From an uncultured Planctomycetota bacterium (GTDB lineage Bacteria; Planctomycetota; Planctomycetia; Gemmatales; Gemmataceae): a DNA stretch of 64,000 nt. The position numbers were made by a program, and so were the translations under genes. Below are positions 21,658 to 30,922 of the stretch, in pieces; the stretch's first letter is position 1; the number at the start of each line of letters is the position of its first letter. The stretch lies in the NCBI GenBank assembly GCA_963849325.1, contig CAWKHF010000012.1:416001-480000 (forward strand). The letters run 5' to 3'. The notes beneath the pieces are model-generated. The model did not search any database. It saw nothing but the letters and a program-made list of their open reading frames with translations, and was not told the origin of the DNA.

Positions 21658-23223
21658 CTACTTCGTTTCCGCGGCCGGCAAGGGTTGGTGCGTCTTGAGG
21701 TCATAACGACCGCCCGCCGGGACGGCTTCGTAGTCGGGACCACTTTCTTTGCGCGGTTTGTTGCGATCGTAGAAGTAAACCTTGCCGTTGCCCAGGACCG
21801 CCCCGACGTGGCCTTGCACAACCAGGGCCGTCGCCTCGTCGATGCCAATACCCAACATCTGCGGGTAGGTGTTCGCCAGGGCGGTCATGTCGGCGAAGCG
21901 ATTGCGTTTGGTAAAGTGCTGATCGACGGCGGCGCCGGGCAGAAAACCCAGGCCGCGCTCGTAGCCCTCGCACATCATGTCGGTGTTGTTGAGTGGACTG
22001 CCGCGCACCAGGTACTCGGCCTGGATGGAGGCGCCGGCCGAACTGCCGCCGATGACGCCGCCGCGACGCAGCACGGCGCGGAAGAGCGGTTCCGCCTTCG
22101 TCCCCTCGTAGGCGTCCATGAAGCGCCATTGCCGGCCGCCGCCGAACCAGATGCCCTTTGCTTCCCGCAAGATTTCCAGGTTTTTCGGGTCTTCAACGTC
22201 TTTTAATTTCCTTTTCGGCAGGACGTGGACGTTACGGGCGCCGGCCTTCTCGAACTGGGCAATCTCGCCGTAGCGGGCGGGGATGGGATCGGGCTGGGCG
22301 GTCGGCAGGAAGACGATCGGTGCCTCGGGACCGCCGGCCAGATCGAGAAACTTGCGCAGGACGGTGGGCGGCATGCCGCCGCCGCCGACGATGACGAGAG
22401 CGCCGTGCGGCACTTCCGGCACAGCGGCTTTCGCCGGCGGAAAGGCCGGCCCACTCCGCGCCGCGCCGCGCGTCGCCACATCGTCCAATCGGACTCGGCC
22501 CCAGCCTTCAACGTAACGATCCGGGCTGGCCGCGATGGGCAGGCGGCCAGGCACACGCTTACCGTGCCCTTGCCGAGAACGCGCATGTCGCGGCCCTTGA
22601 CGAGCAACGCCGCACCGTCGTCGATGTCGAGTCCGACCAGACCCGGCGCCTCGTTCAGCACCTGGAGAAGCCGATGCTTCGGCTCGCTCGTATCGTGGAG
22701 GGCGATTACGGCTCCGGGCAGAAGATCGAAACCCCGCTGTGTCTCCGCCTTCTTGTGGGCCAGCATCCGCCGTGATATGGCCGCCGTGCCACCGACGACG
22801 CCGCCGCGCTGAAGAACGCCGTTCAATTCCTTCTCGAGCGCCGTGCCGGGGTAAACGCCGCCATCGATCCAGACGCCGGTCGCCTGCCGCAGCGGCTTGA
22901 GCGACGCGGCGTCATCGGCCATCGGACGCGACGCGCACTTCCACGAGCACGACGGACGCCGGCTTGCGAGCCTTCCAGGTTGCGAGTGGATCGTCCGCGT
23001 TCGCGCCGTCCGAGAGGACGACAAGCTCCGCCTTGTCGCCTCCAGCCTGTTGCAAGAAACGGTCCCGCGCCGCCTCCGGCACCGTTCCGCCGCAAATCAC
23101 CAGGGCGCCGTCGATCCCTTCGGGACGCAGGCGCGGCGCCGGCTGGTCTTCGGCTCCTGCCGGGGCCGCGAACGCGACGAGGGCCGAGGATAGAAGGACC
23201 AGGCCGAGGAAATGTCGTTTCAT
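21658..23223 (-). CDS. Secreted cyanophycinase-like peptidase S51 with two domains (frameshifted)
   Basis: Signal peptide; domain 2 'GALVIVGGG, GIWFGGGRQ, IGGSSAGA, VDQHFTKRNR, GIGIDEATA'; domain 1 is degenerate. Confidence 0.8.
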
Positions 23224-23238
23224 ACTGTCTCCTTGCTC

Positions 23239-23307
23239 GGTAGGGTGGGTCGAGGGACGAGACCCACCGCTGCTCTTGGTGGGTCTCGTCCCTCGACCCA
23301 CCCTACC
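23239..23307. repeat. GTAG-type REP doublet (family F)
   Basis: ggtagggtgggtcgagggacgagacccacc...ggtgggtctcgtccctcgacccaccctacc. Confidence 0.85.
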
Positions 23308-23517
23308 AAACCAACGCTCCACCGGAAACGATTCTTGTAGCTGTGAGGTTATCGCGTTCTTGTCTCAACTAGGGGCTTTCGTCGCGCCCGGGAAGCGGGT
23401 AGGCTATCAGGGTTCCCTCGATGATGGCGAGGCGAGATGGTCAACCGGCGGAGCCGGCCGCCGAGACGGCGACCGATACCGCGACCTCATCTCCGGCTCC
23501 CGAAGCCGGCCGCGACC

Positions 23518-25266
23518 ATGGCCAACGTATGCGCGTATCAATTCGTCCTTCGGCCGCGCGAAGGGCAGAGCAGTGCGGACTGTCTCGATGCCGTGCGCGA
23601 CGAGATCGCCGATTGGATTTGCGACATCTATCGCGCCGTCGGCCTGGAGGGCGTGGCCATCCCGTTTGACGGCACCTGCCTGGCGCCGCATCCGACGCAT
23701 GAATTGTGGTCCGAACAGCGCGAGTGCTCGACGCATCGGCTGGCGACGATCGAATGGGTGTGGCCGGAAGACGTGGACCCGACGCTATCCTGGCTGTTGG
23801 CCTGCACGGTGGCCTGTGACGATAAGGCGGTGCAGGTGTCGCTGCTGGTGCAGATCGTGTCGCGGCCGTTCGTGCTGCGGCCGCTGCACTTCGCCCTGAC
23901 GGAGAACAACCCGTTGGCGTTCCTGCCGGCGTTGGCGGCGCACCTGCTACGACTGTGGCCCGGCCAGATCGGCGATTGGCCGATCGCCACGCAGGTGCGC
24001 ATGCTGCGCGCCAACGCCATCGACCGCTTCGTGCGGGAAACGCTGCGCGACCCGGCACGGCCGCTGCCCGTGGTGGTCGTCAACCTCGCCGGTCCCGTCA
24101 ACCTGCGCGGCGATGGTTTGCAGGGCGCCCAGGTCCGACTTCTGGGCTTGGCCCAGCTGGCCGCCCTCGTCAACGCGCCGGCGGCGCAGCGCCTCTCGAA
24201 GCTGCTGCCGGAGGATGCTCCCTGGGAAGGCTGTCCGGTTCGCGTCTATTGGCCGTTCTCGGTGCGCGACGTGCCCGGCTCGCACGCCTTGCTCAGTCCC
24301 GCGGAGATGGAGCAGGAGTTGCAAACCCGCTCGCTCGATCAGATTCTGCTCTCCAAGTTCGTCGAATTCAACGCCCTGCGCTATCGGGAAGGCGACTTGA
24401 TCCGGGCGGCCCGGTTGGCGGTGGACCGCGAAGGGGCCGGCTGGCGCCAGGTGGCGAATGCGGCCGAGAGGGAGCTGGAGTCCGTTCGCGCCGAGGCGCG
24501 TCGCGTGCAGGAGGAGCGCGATCGACTCCGTCAGGAGTGCGAGGCGACCCGGCAAGCCCTACGCTCGCTGCAAGCGGACCTGGCCGCCCGCCAGGAGCCG
24601 GCCCACACCGAGTCGTTCGACGAATTGGCCGCCGAGTTGGAACGAGCCTGGGATGACAACCGCCGGCTAACCGCGGAGGTCGAGGCCGATCGTCGGCAGC
24701 TGGAGCAACTGCGCGAGGAGCTGCACATCCACCAGGAGAACTGGGGCCTGCTGGCGGCGTCGCGCGCCGCGGACGGACGGGCGGCGGCGACGGCCCCGCC
24801 GGGCGAGCGCGTCTTCACCTCGGCGGCTGACGCCCTCCAGGGTGCGGCCACGGATTTCGCCGACGTGGTCGCCGTCTGGGAGGACGCCGTTCGCTCCGCC
24901 GAGGCGTCGCTTTTCCGAACGCCGGGCAAGGTCTACCGTGCCCTGGAAGCTATCGCCGACGTGGGACGAGCCTATTTCCAGGCCAAGGACGGCGGTTCGC
25001 CGCTGGGGCCGGTCGAACGCGCCTTCGCCTGCCGCGTACCGTTCAAGTACACCGGCTTCGAGAGCCAAACGACCCTTCGCCTCTACGGCGCGGAGCGCGT
25101 CTTCCACCACCACGAGCAGAGCCGGCAAATGCAACGACATCTGACGCTGGGCGGCGGCGACACCAATAACTGTTTGCAAATCTATTTCGACTTCGACGAC
25201 GCATCGCAGCGCGTGCTGATCGGCTATTGCGGCCGACACCTGCCCTATCACCGTCAGCGGACGTGA
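23518..25266 (+). CDS. Hypothetical protein: alpha/beta N-domain, coiled coil, C-terminal RelE-like domain
   Basis: Intact long ORF (from 23437); 'RPLPVVVV', 'VRVYWP', heptad-rich middle, ends 'MQRHLTLGGG...CLQIYFDFD...VLIGYCGRHLP'. Confidence 0.7.
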   Translation: MANVCAYQFVLRPREGQSSADCLDAVRDEIADWICDIYRAVGLEGVAIPFDGTCLAPHPTHELWSEQRECSTHRLATIEWVWPEDVDPTLSWLLACTVACDDKAVQVSLLVQIVSRPFVLRPLHFALTENNPLAFLPALAAHLLRLWPGQIGDWPIATQVRMLRANAIDRFVRETLRDPARPLPVVVVNLAGPVNLRGDGLQGAQVRLLGLAQLAALVNAPAAQRLSKLLPEDAPWEGCPVRVYWPFSVRDVPGSHALLSPAEMEQELQTRSLDQILLSKFVEFNALRYREGDLIRAARLAVDREGAGWRQVANAAERELESVRAEARRVQEERDRLRQECEATRQALRSLQADLAARQEPAHTESFDELAAELERAWDDNRRLTAEVEADRRQLEQLREELHIHQENWGLLAASRAADGRAAATAPPGERVFTSAADALQGAATDFADVVAVWEDAVRSAEASLFRTPGKVYRALEAIADVGRAYFQAKDGGSPLGPVERAFACRVPFKYTGFESQTTLRLYGAERVFHHHEQSRQMQRHLTLGGGDTNNCLQIYFDFDDASQRVLIGYCGRHLPYHRQRT

Positions 25267-25272
25267 ACGGCG

Positions 25273-25343
25273 AACTCCTGTCCGAGCCTGAAGCGTAAGC
25301 GAAGGGATGCTCTTCGCTTACGCTTCAGGCTCGGACAAGAGTT
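25273..25343. repeat. REP-like palindrome family B, copy 2
   Basis: Same arms as 12420; lies between convergent genes. Confidence 0.9.
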
Positions 25344-25617
25344 TCCCTCGGCGACACCACAGGAAGCGCGTCCAGCCGAGCGGGCCGAGCCATTCGGCGG
25401 CGACGAAGCAGCCGCGGTGCTCGCCGGCCAGGCGCGGGACATCCGCGTGCAAGCGCTTGCCGCTCACCTCCGCCCCCTGGTACTCGCGCAGCACTTGCTC
25501 CACTTCGCCATCCTCGCCGCCGCGCAGCAGCACCACGCGGCGCGGACAGCGCGGCGACGAAGAGACGGGCCGCGCCGGGTCGTGGCCCGGCACGACGCCA
25601 TTACTCGACGGTCCCAT
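25318..25617 (-). CDS. Small hypothetical protein
   Basis: 99-aa ORF with protein-like core (AAEWLGPLGWTRFLW); stop codon falls inside REP B. Confidence 0.45.
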   Translation of the reverse strand: MGPSSNGVVPGHDPARPVSSSPRCPRRVVLLRGGEDGEVEQVLREYQGAEVSGKRLHADVPRLAGEHRGCFVAAEWLGPLGWTRFLWCRRGKLLSEPEA

Positions 25618-25711
25618 GTCTTTTCCGATCTCCGGATTGCTCTTGCACTGTCCGCACCCGCTGCGCTATCGTTCGCCTCCCTTTTCGCAGCCTCGGCGCG
25701 GAGAGGCGCGC

Positions 25712-25745
25712 AAAAAAAGCGGTGGCGCAGCCTTGCGCCACCGCT
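25712..25745 (-). terminator. Rho-independent terminator
   Basis: Minus strand AGCGGTGGCGCA-aggc-TGCGCCACCGCT followed by a T run. Confidence 0.8.
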
Positions 25746-25840
25746 CCTCTTGAGGTGGGTCAGCACCACACGACAACGACACTTCTGGCAGGTAACGGCT
25801 CAAGGGGGCAGGTTTCGTGTGGCTCACCACCTCTTGATGG
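25712..25840 (-). ncRNA. Candidate small RNA (~130 nt)
   Basis: Long imperfect hairpin GAGGUGG..CACACGA / UCGUGUG..CCACCUC, then the terminator; upstream TCAAG-N16-GTCGATAA. Confidence 0.5.
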
Positions 25841-25900
25841 GGTTCCTTATCGACCGGGACGAGTGCCGGTCTTGAAGAAACTTGCCGAAACGAGGCAATC

Positions 25901-26803
25901 ATGGCCCCTTGCGGGAATCGGCGTCGGTCCTTGCGTGGGCTGGCCGTGCCGCTGCTTCTGTCCCTCGCCGTACATGGGCTGTTGTTGTTGGTGCTGGGAT
26001 TGTTTCCGGCACGTTCTCGTGGGCCGACCCTCGCCATCGAGGACACGCGCGTGGCCCTGGATCTGTGCCTGCTCGATCCCGGTCCCTCCGCGAACCGTTC
26101 GCCGCGCGAGACGCCCGCCTCTCCGCGCGATCTCAACGTGTCCACGGATTTCCGCCCGCAATTGAACGAGTCCCCGATTGTCGCCGGGCCGGACGTGGTC
26201 GGGTCCGCACCGACGCTGTCGTTCGCCGGTCCCCTCGGCCGAACCGATGGTCCCGCCGGTTCGCCGAAGGACGGCGGCCGCGTCGTCGGCAGTCTGTTCT
26301 CTCCGCCGACGATGGCGGCCCGCGTCGTCTACGTCCTCGATCGTTCCGTGAGCATGGGCATGGACAACAAACTGGAGCGGGCTTGTCAGGAATTGCTCGC
26401 CGGCTTGCGGCGTCTGCCGTCCGCGACGCGCTTCCAGGTCGTCGCCTACAACAACCACGCCGAGCCGTTGGTGATTCACGGTTCGGTCGATTGGTTGACG
26501 GCCGAGCCGGCGGTACTCGAAGAGGTCGGCCTGGCGCTGGCCAGGCTCGCAGCCGCCGGCGGCACCGATCACGCCAACGCCCTGCGCCGCGGACTGGCCC
26601 TTCGGCCCGACGTGCTTTTTTTCGTCACCGACGCCGACGACCTGCCGCCGGAGCAGGTCGCCCTCGTCACGCGCGGCAACCCAGGCGCCGTCATTCACGC
26701 CATCGAGCTGACGAGGCGACGCCATCCCCGTTCCGACAGCTCGCTCGCGCGCCTGGCGCGCGACAACGGCGGTAGCTATCGCTGCGTCTGGATTGGCGAT
26801 TGA
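25901..26803 (+). CDS. Membrane-anchored VWA domain protein
   Basis: 'SLAVHGLLLLVL' anchor; 'VVYVLDRSVSM' MIDAS, 'GGTD', 'FFVTD', 'LARDNGGSY'. Confidence 0.85.
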   Translation: MAPCGNRRRSLRGLAVPLLLSLAVHGLLLLVLGLFPARSRGPTLAIEDTRVALDLCLLDPGPSANRSPRETPASPRDLNVSTDFRPQLNESPIVAGPDVVGSAPTLSFAGPLGRTDGPAGSPKDGGRVVGSLFSPPTMAARVVYVLDRSVSMGMDNKLERACQELLAGLRRLPSATRFQVVAYNNHAEPLVIHGSVDWLTAEPAVLEEVGLALARLAAAGGTDHANALRRGLALRPDVLFFVTDADDLPPEQVALVTRGNPGAVIHAIELTRRRHPRSDSSLARLARDNGGSYRCVWIGD

Positions 26804-27780
26804 GGGTCGGCGATCCAGCCCCGCGCTTCTTCCAGCACAAGGGTCTTCATCGCCTCGATCCACGCCGGATGATCGTTCAGACAGGGGCAGCGATGCAGCC
26901 GTTCGCCGCCGGCGTGCTGGAACGCCTCGCGCGCCTCGCGGCCAATCTCGTCGATCGTCTCCAGGCAATCGCTGGTGAATCCCGGCGTGGCGACGAAGAC
27001 GCGCTTGACGCCGGCTTGGGCCAACCGTACCAGCGTCCGATCCGTGTACGGCTTCAGCCATTCCTCGCGGCCAAACAGCGATTGAAACGTCTGCGTCCAG
27101 CGCGGACGCGGCCAGCCGAGCCGGCGGACCAATGCCGCCGTGGTCCGCTTGACGTGCGTGGCATACGGGTCGCCGCTTTGAGCGTAGCGGATGGGGATGC
27201 CGTGAAAGCTGAGCAGGTAGTGGTCCGGCTGCCACGGCAGTCGGGCCAGTTCGTCGCGGATGACGGCGGTCACGGCGTCGAGGTAAGCGGGGTGCTCGTA
27301 GTAAGGCGGCACGATGCGCAGGGCCGGCACGCGCCGCTCGCCCATGAGCGCCTGAAAGAGCACGTCCGTCGCCGATGCCGTCGTCGTCGCCGAATACTGC
27401 GGATACATCGGCAGCACGATCAGCCGCTCGACGCCTTGCTCGATCAGCCCGCGCACGACCGACGCCAGCGACGGATTGCCGACCTGCATCCCGAACGCCA
27501 CCGGCACGCCGGGCAGCGCCTTTTGCAGTTCGGCCGTTTGCCGCCGCGTCCAGTGCAGCAGCGGCGAGCCGGTGACGGAATCCCAGATGCGTTGATACTT
27601 CGCCGCCGATTGGCGCGGCCGAAACGGCAGAATGAAGAGGTTGAGGACGAACCACCACGTCAATCGCGGGGCTTCGATGACGCGGGGATCGCCGAGGAAC
27701 TGGCGGAGATAGCGGCGCAGGGCCGGGGCCGTGGGCGCGTCGGGAGTGCCGAGCTGGATGAGAAGAACGCCGGTGCTCAT
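26776..27780 (-). CDS. hemH: Ferrochelatase
   Basis: GVLLIQLGTP, FLGDPRVIE, PMYPQYSATTT, LSFHGIP, FQSLFG.EEWLKPYT, DCLETIDEI. Confidence 0.95.
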   Translation of the reverse strand: MSTGVLLIQLGTPDAPTAPALRRYLRQFLGDPRVIEAPRLTWWFVLNLFILPFRPRQSAAKYQRIWDSVTGSPLLHWTRRQTAELQKALPGVPVAFGMQVGNPSLASVVRGLIEQGVERLIVLPMYPQYSATTTASATDVLFQALMGERRVPALRIVPPYYEHPAYLDAVTAVIRDELARLPWQPDHYLLSFHGIPIRYAQSGDPYATHVKRTTAALVRRLGWPRPRWTQTFQSLFGREEWLKPYTDRTLVRLAQAGVKRVFVATPGFTSDCLETIDEIGREAREAFQHAGGERLHRCPCLNDHPAWIEAMKTLVLEEARGWIADPQSPIQTQR

Positions 27781-27796
27781 GCGATCAGCGATCAGC

Positions 27797-27865
27797 GATC
27801 GGCCAGCCCGGAGCGTCCGCGACGGGAAGCCGCTTCCCGTCGCGGACGCTCCGGGCTGGCCGATC
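27797..27865. repeat. REP-like palindrome family D, copy 1 (preceded by gcgatca x3)
   Basis: gcccggagcgtccgcgacggg...cccgtcgcggacgctccgggc; same arms at 36276. Confidence 0.85.
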
Positions 27866-27871
27866 ATCGAT

Positions 27872-28180
27872 TCACTTCTTCTTGCACTCGGGGCCTTCCT
27901 GCGCGTCGCCCTTCTCGGTGATGTGGCCTTCGCCGCTGTCTTTCAGAGCGGTGGAGCGTTCGGCGTTGAGCGGCGTGAAGCTGGTCCACTGGGCCGGCAC
28001 ATTGGCCTCGGCGAAGATGGCCTCGACCGGGCACTCGGGGACGCACGCCTCGCAGTCGATGCAGTCCGCCGGATCGATGTACAGCATCTTCTCGTCTTGA
28101 TAGAAGCATTCCACCGGGCAGACCGCCACGCAGTCGGTGTACTTGCAGTCGTAGCACGGCTGGCAGACGGTGTGAGTCAT
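27872..28180 (-). CDS. FdxA-type dicluster ferredoxin
   Basis: CQPCYDCKYTDCVAVCPVECF...CIDCEACVPECPVEAI. Confidence 0.9.
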   Translation of the reverse strand: MTHTVCQPCYDCKYTDCVAVCPVECFYQDEKMLYIDPADCIDCEACVPECPVEAIFAEANVPAQWTSFTPLNAERSTALKDSGEGHITEKGDAQEGPECKKK

Positions 28181-28423
28181 CGCAATCGGGTCCTTTCTAC
28201 AAAAGGGCACACCCCGGACGCTGTTGTCCGAGGGCCACGCCAAAGCGACGGAGGGAACCAGAAGACTCCCCCTCGGGAACAGGCTTTTCTTCTCCGTAAT
28301 CCATACCAAGTACCTTGTCCGCTGTCCAGGAAATATCGACCTTCGCCGAATGGTTTCGCCGACCTCGATCTCCTTGCCGCGGCGAACGCGACGGCTTACG
28401 ATAAGAGCGAGTGAACCAAACGC

Positions 28424-28483
28424 ATCCGAGCCTGAAGCGTAAGCGAAGAAACTCCTATCTTCGCTTACGCTTCAGGCTCGGAT
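28424..28483. repeat. REP-like palindrome family B, copy 3
   Basis: Same arms as 12420 and 25281. Confidence 0.9.
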
Positions 28484-28507
28484 AAAAACTCTTCCGAGAA
28501 CGGCAAC

Positions 28508-29178
28508 ATGCACGCCGACAAACCGACGAACGACAACGGCCTGGCCGGCGGATGGGCGGTCGGTATGGCCGTCGCCGCAGGGCTGATTCGACTGCTCCCC
28601 CATCCCTGGCATTTTACGCCGGTCGGCGCGCTGGGTCTGTTCGGCGGTGCCCGGCTCGCGCGGCGTGGGCCTTTGTTCTGCCCCTCAGCGTCATGGCTGT
28701 GACCGACCTGCTTCTGTGGGCGATCCGCGGCAATCCCCCCTTTAATCCCTGGGTCTACGCCTGCTTCGCATTAACCGTCTTGTGGGGCCAGTTGTTTCTG
28801 CGAAGCGGCGGGGCCGGACGCATCGCCGCCGTGAGCGTGCTGGTCAGCGTCCAGTTCTTTCTGGTGACGAACTTCGGCGTCTGGCTGGCCAGCAGCGTGG
28901 ATGCGCGGACGCTGCCGGAGGGGACCGTCGTGGTATGGAAGGAAATCCCCGGTTTGCCGGCCGCGGTCCCGTCTGCCTACGCGCGCAATCTGTCCGGCCT
29001 CGTCGGTTGCTACGTCGCGGCCCTGCCGTTCGCCGGCACCAACGCACCGCCGCTGGGCTTCTTCGGCAATCAACTGGCCGGCGATCTGTTCTACAGTGCC
29101 CTTCTGTTCGGAGCCTACGCCTGGCTCCGTCGCGGCGTCCTGCTGCCGCGCCCGCTGGCCGATCCGAGGACGTCATGA
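28508..29178 (+). CDS. DUF6580-like putative transporter membrane protein (frameshifted)
   Basis: 'RLLPHPWHFTPVGALGLFGGA', 'FFLVTNFGVW', 'GLVGCYVAALPF', 'GDLFYSALLFG'. Confidence 0.75.
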
Positions 29179-29462
29179 AATACGCCGCCATCATCGAGTA
29201 CAGTCAGGACAAGGACAAGGTCCAATCGATTCGGCCGGTGCATCGTCAATATCTGACCGCGCTGCGCGAGCGCGGCCAGCTCGTCGCCGCCGGGCCGTTC
29301 ACCGACGACAGCGGCGCCCTCATCGTCTACGAGGCCGCCTCCGCCGAGGAAGCCGAGAAGCTCGTGCGGGGCGATCCGTTCCATCAGAACGGCATCTTCC
29401 TCCGCTACGTTCTGCGGCCGTGGAACCCGGTCCTCGCCAACCGCGAGCTATTCCCCGCCTGA
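29175..29462 (+). CDS. YciI family protein
   Basis: RPVHRQYL...LVAAGPF...GALIV...DPF. Confidence 0.85.
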   Translation: MKYAAIIEYSQDKDKVQSIRPVHRQYLTALRERGQLVAAGPFTDDSGALIVYEAASAEEAEKLVRGDPFHQNGIFLRYVLRPWNPVLANRELFPA

Positions 29463-29481
29463 AGAATTATTTCCCCCGGAG

Positions 29482-29533
29482 TAGCCCGGAGCGCAAGCGA
29501 CGGGTTTTCACCCGTCGCTGGCGCTCCGGGCTA
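29482..29533. repeat. REP-like palindrome (family D variant)
   Basis: tagcccggagcgcaagcgacgggt...acccgtcgctggcgctccgggcta. Confidence 0.8.
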
Positions 29534-29546
29534 GTTGAGAAAGCTC

Positions 29547-29574
29547 TTGACGGCGCCGGGCAGGCACCTATCAT
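29547..29574 (+). promoter_or_regulatory. Probable sigma70 promoter of rplM-rpsI
   Basis: TTGACG-N16-TATCAT, ~45 nt before the rplM ATG. Confidence 0.55.
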
Positions 29575-29617
29575 AGCTTTTTCGGTCCCGAGTTCTGCAC
29601 GAGATGGAAAGACGAGC

Positions 29618-30052
29618 ATGTCCACCTTCATGGCCAAGCCGGAGCAGGTGTCGCGGCGCTGGTTGCTGATCGACGCCACGGACCAGGTGGTTGGCCGCCT
29701 GGCGGTGCAGATCGCCAACATCCTGCGCGGCAAGCACCGTCCCGAGTACACGCCGCACGTCGATACCGGCGAGTTTGTCATCGTCATCAACGCCGAGAAG
29801 GTCCGCTTCACCGGCAAGAAACTGCAAACCAAGACGTATCGCTGGTACACGCGCTATCCGGGCGGTCTCAAGGTGGTCCTGGCCCGCGACGTGATGCAGA
29901 AGCACCCGGAGCGCATCCTGCAAGAGGCCGTGCGGCGCATGGTGCCGCGCAACAAGCTCGGCCGGCAGCAGATGACTAAGCTGAAAATCTACGCCGGGTC
30001 GTCCCATCCGCACCAGGCGCAGCAACCCGTGGCCTTCCCGCTGGCACCGTGA
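29618..30052 (+). CDS. rplM: 50S ribosomal protein L13
   Basis: GRLAVQIANILRGKHRPEYTPHVDTGEFVIVINAEK...HPHQAQQP. Confidence 0.98.
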   Translation: MSTFMAKPEQVSRRWLLIDATDQVVGRLAVQIANILRGKHRPEYTPHVDTGEFVIVINAEKVRFTGKKLQTKTYRWYTRYPGGLKVVLARDVMQKHPERILQEAVRRMVPRNKLGRQQMTKLKIYAGSSHPHQAQQPVAFPLAP

Positions 30053-30066
30053 TTCGGAGAGAGATC

Positions 30067-30527
30067 GTGGCCGACACGAAGACGACGACAAAGAAGACCT
30101 ATTATCTCGGTACGGGCCGGCGCAAGACGTCGGTGGCCCGCGTTCGCCTCTGTGAGGGTTCGGGCCAGATTGTCATCAACGGCCGGGGGCTGGACGAGTA
30201 TTTCACCGAGGAGAAGGACCGCAAGGCCGTCGTCGGGCCGCTCGAAGTCACCGAGATGCGCGGCCGTCTCGACCTGTTCGTCAAGGTGCAGGGCGGCGGC
30301 ATCACTGGCCAGGGCGGCGCCGTCTGCCAGGGTGTCGCTCGGCGCTGAAGCAGATGTTCGGTCTGACGACCGGGCAGCAGGAAGGCACCGACGGCACCGA
30401 CCAGGTCAGCAGCATGGCCAAGAAGCTGCGCGATTCGCACTTCCTGACCCGCGACGGCCGCATGAAGGAACGCAAGAAATACGGTCGCAAGGGCGCCCGC
30501 AAGAGCTTCCAGTTCTCCAAGCGCTGA
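30067..30527 (+). CDS. rpsI: 30S ribosomal protein S9 (one indel near 30340)
   Basis: [12 protein letters not shown]...GGGITGQ...[27 protein letters not shown]. Confidence 0.95.
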
Positions 30528-30551
30528 TTCGGGCCGCTTGCGATTCCTTTC

Positions 30552-30617
30552 GTTTAGCCGCGACGCGCAGCGGAGCGCGGGCCATCCACCGCGCTCCGCT
30601 GCGCGTCGCGGCTAAAC
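30552..30617. repeat. REP-like palindrome family A, copy 3
   Basis: gtttagccgcgacgcgcagcggagcgcgg...ccgcgctccgctgcgcgtcgcggctaaac. Confidence 0.9.
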
Positions 30618-30645
30618 AGAGAACTCGTCCGGAGCGGCCGGCTCC

Positions 30646-30674
30646 TTGACAGATTTCGCCTCCCTCTCCATAAT
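30646..30674 (+). promoter_or_regulatory. Near-consensus sigma70 promoter
   Basis: TTGACA(30646-30651)-N17-CATAAT(30669-30674). Confidence 0.7.
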
Positions 30675-30922
30675 TCCATGTACATCTTTTCGTCCGAGAA
30701 GGACGTGCGAGCGACCGCGTCCTTCTCCTCGCTCCCGCCGGGAACGAGTGGACGATGCGGTCCAAATTTTGCCCAGTCTCCAAGGTCGCTCCCCGCACGC
30801 CGGTTGGACCGGAGGTGCCGTGCGGGTGCGGAGGTCTGCTCTGGGGAAACGTTGGCGCGGACACCGCGGTAAACCTCTTTACCGCGGGGAGACGTTGAAA
30901 TCTTCTCTACTCGGGAGGCGCC

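Noticed and set aside
25712-25840. Calling the RNA candidate SRP or 6S RNA
   Set aside because: No SRP GGAA-tetraloop/AGCA motif; only short 6S-like words, and too short for a 6S central-bubble rod; left unassigned
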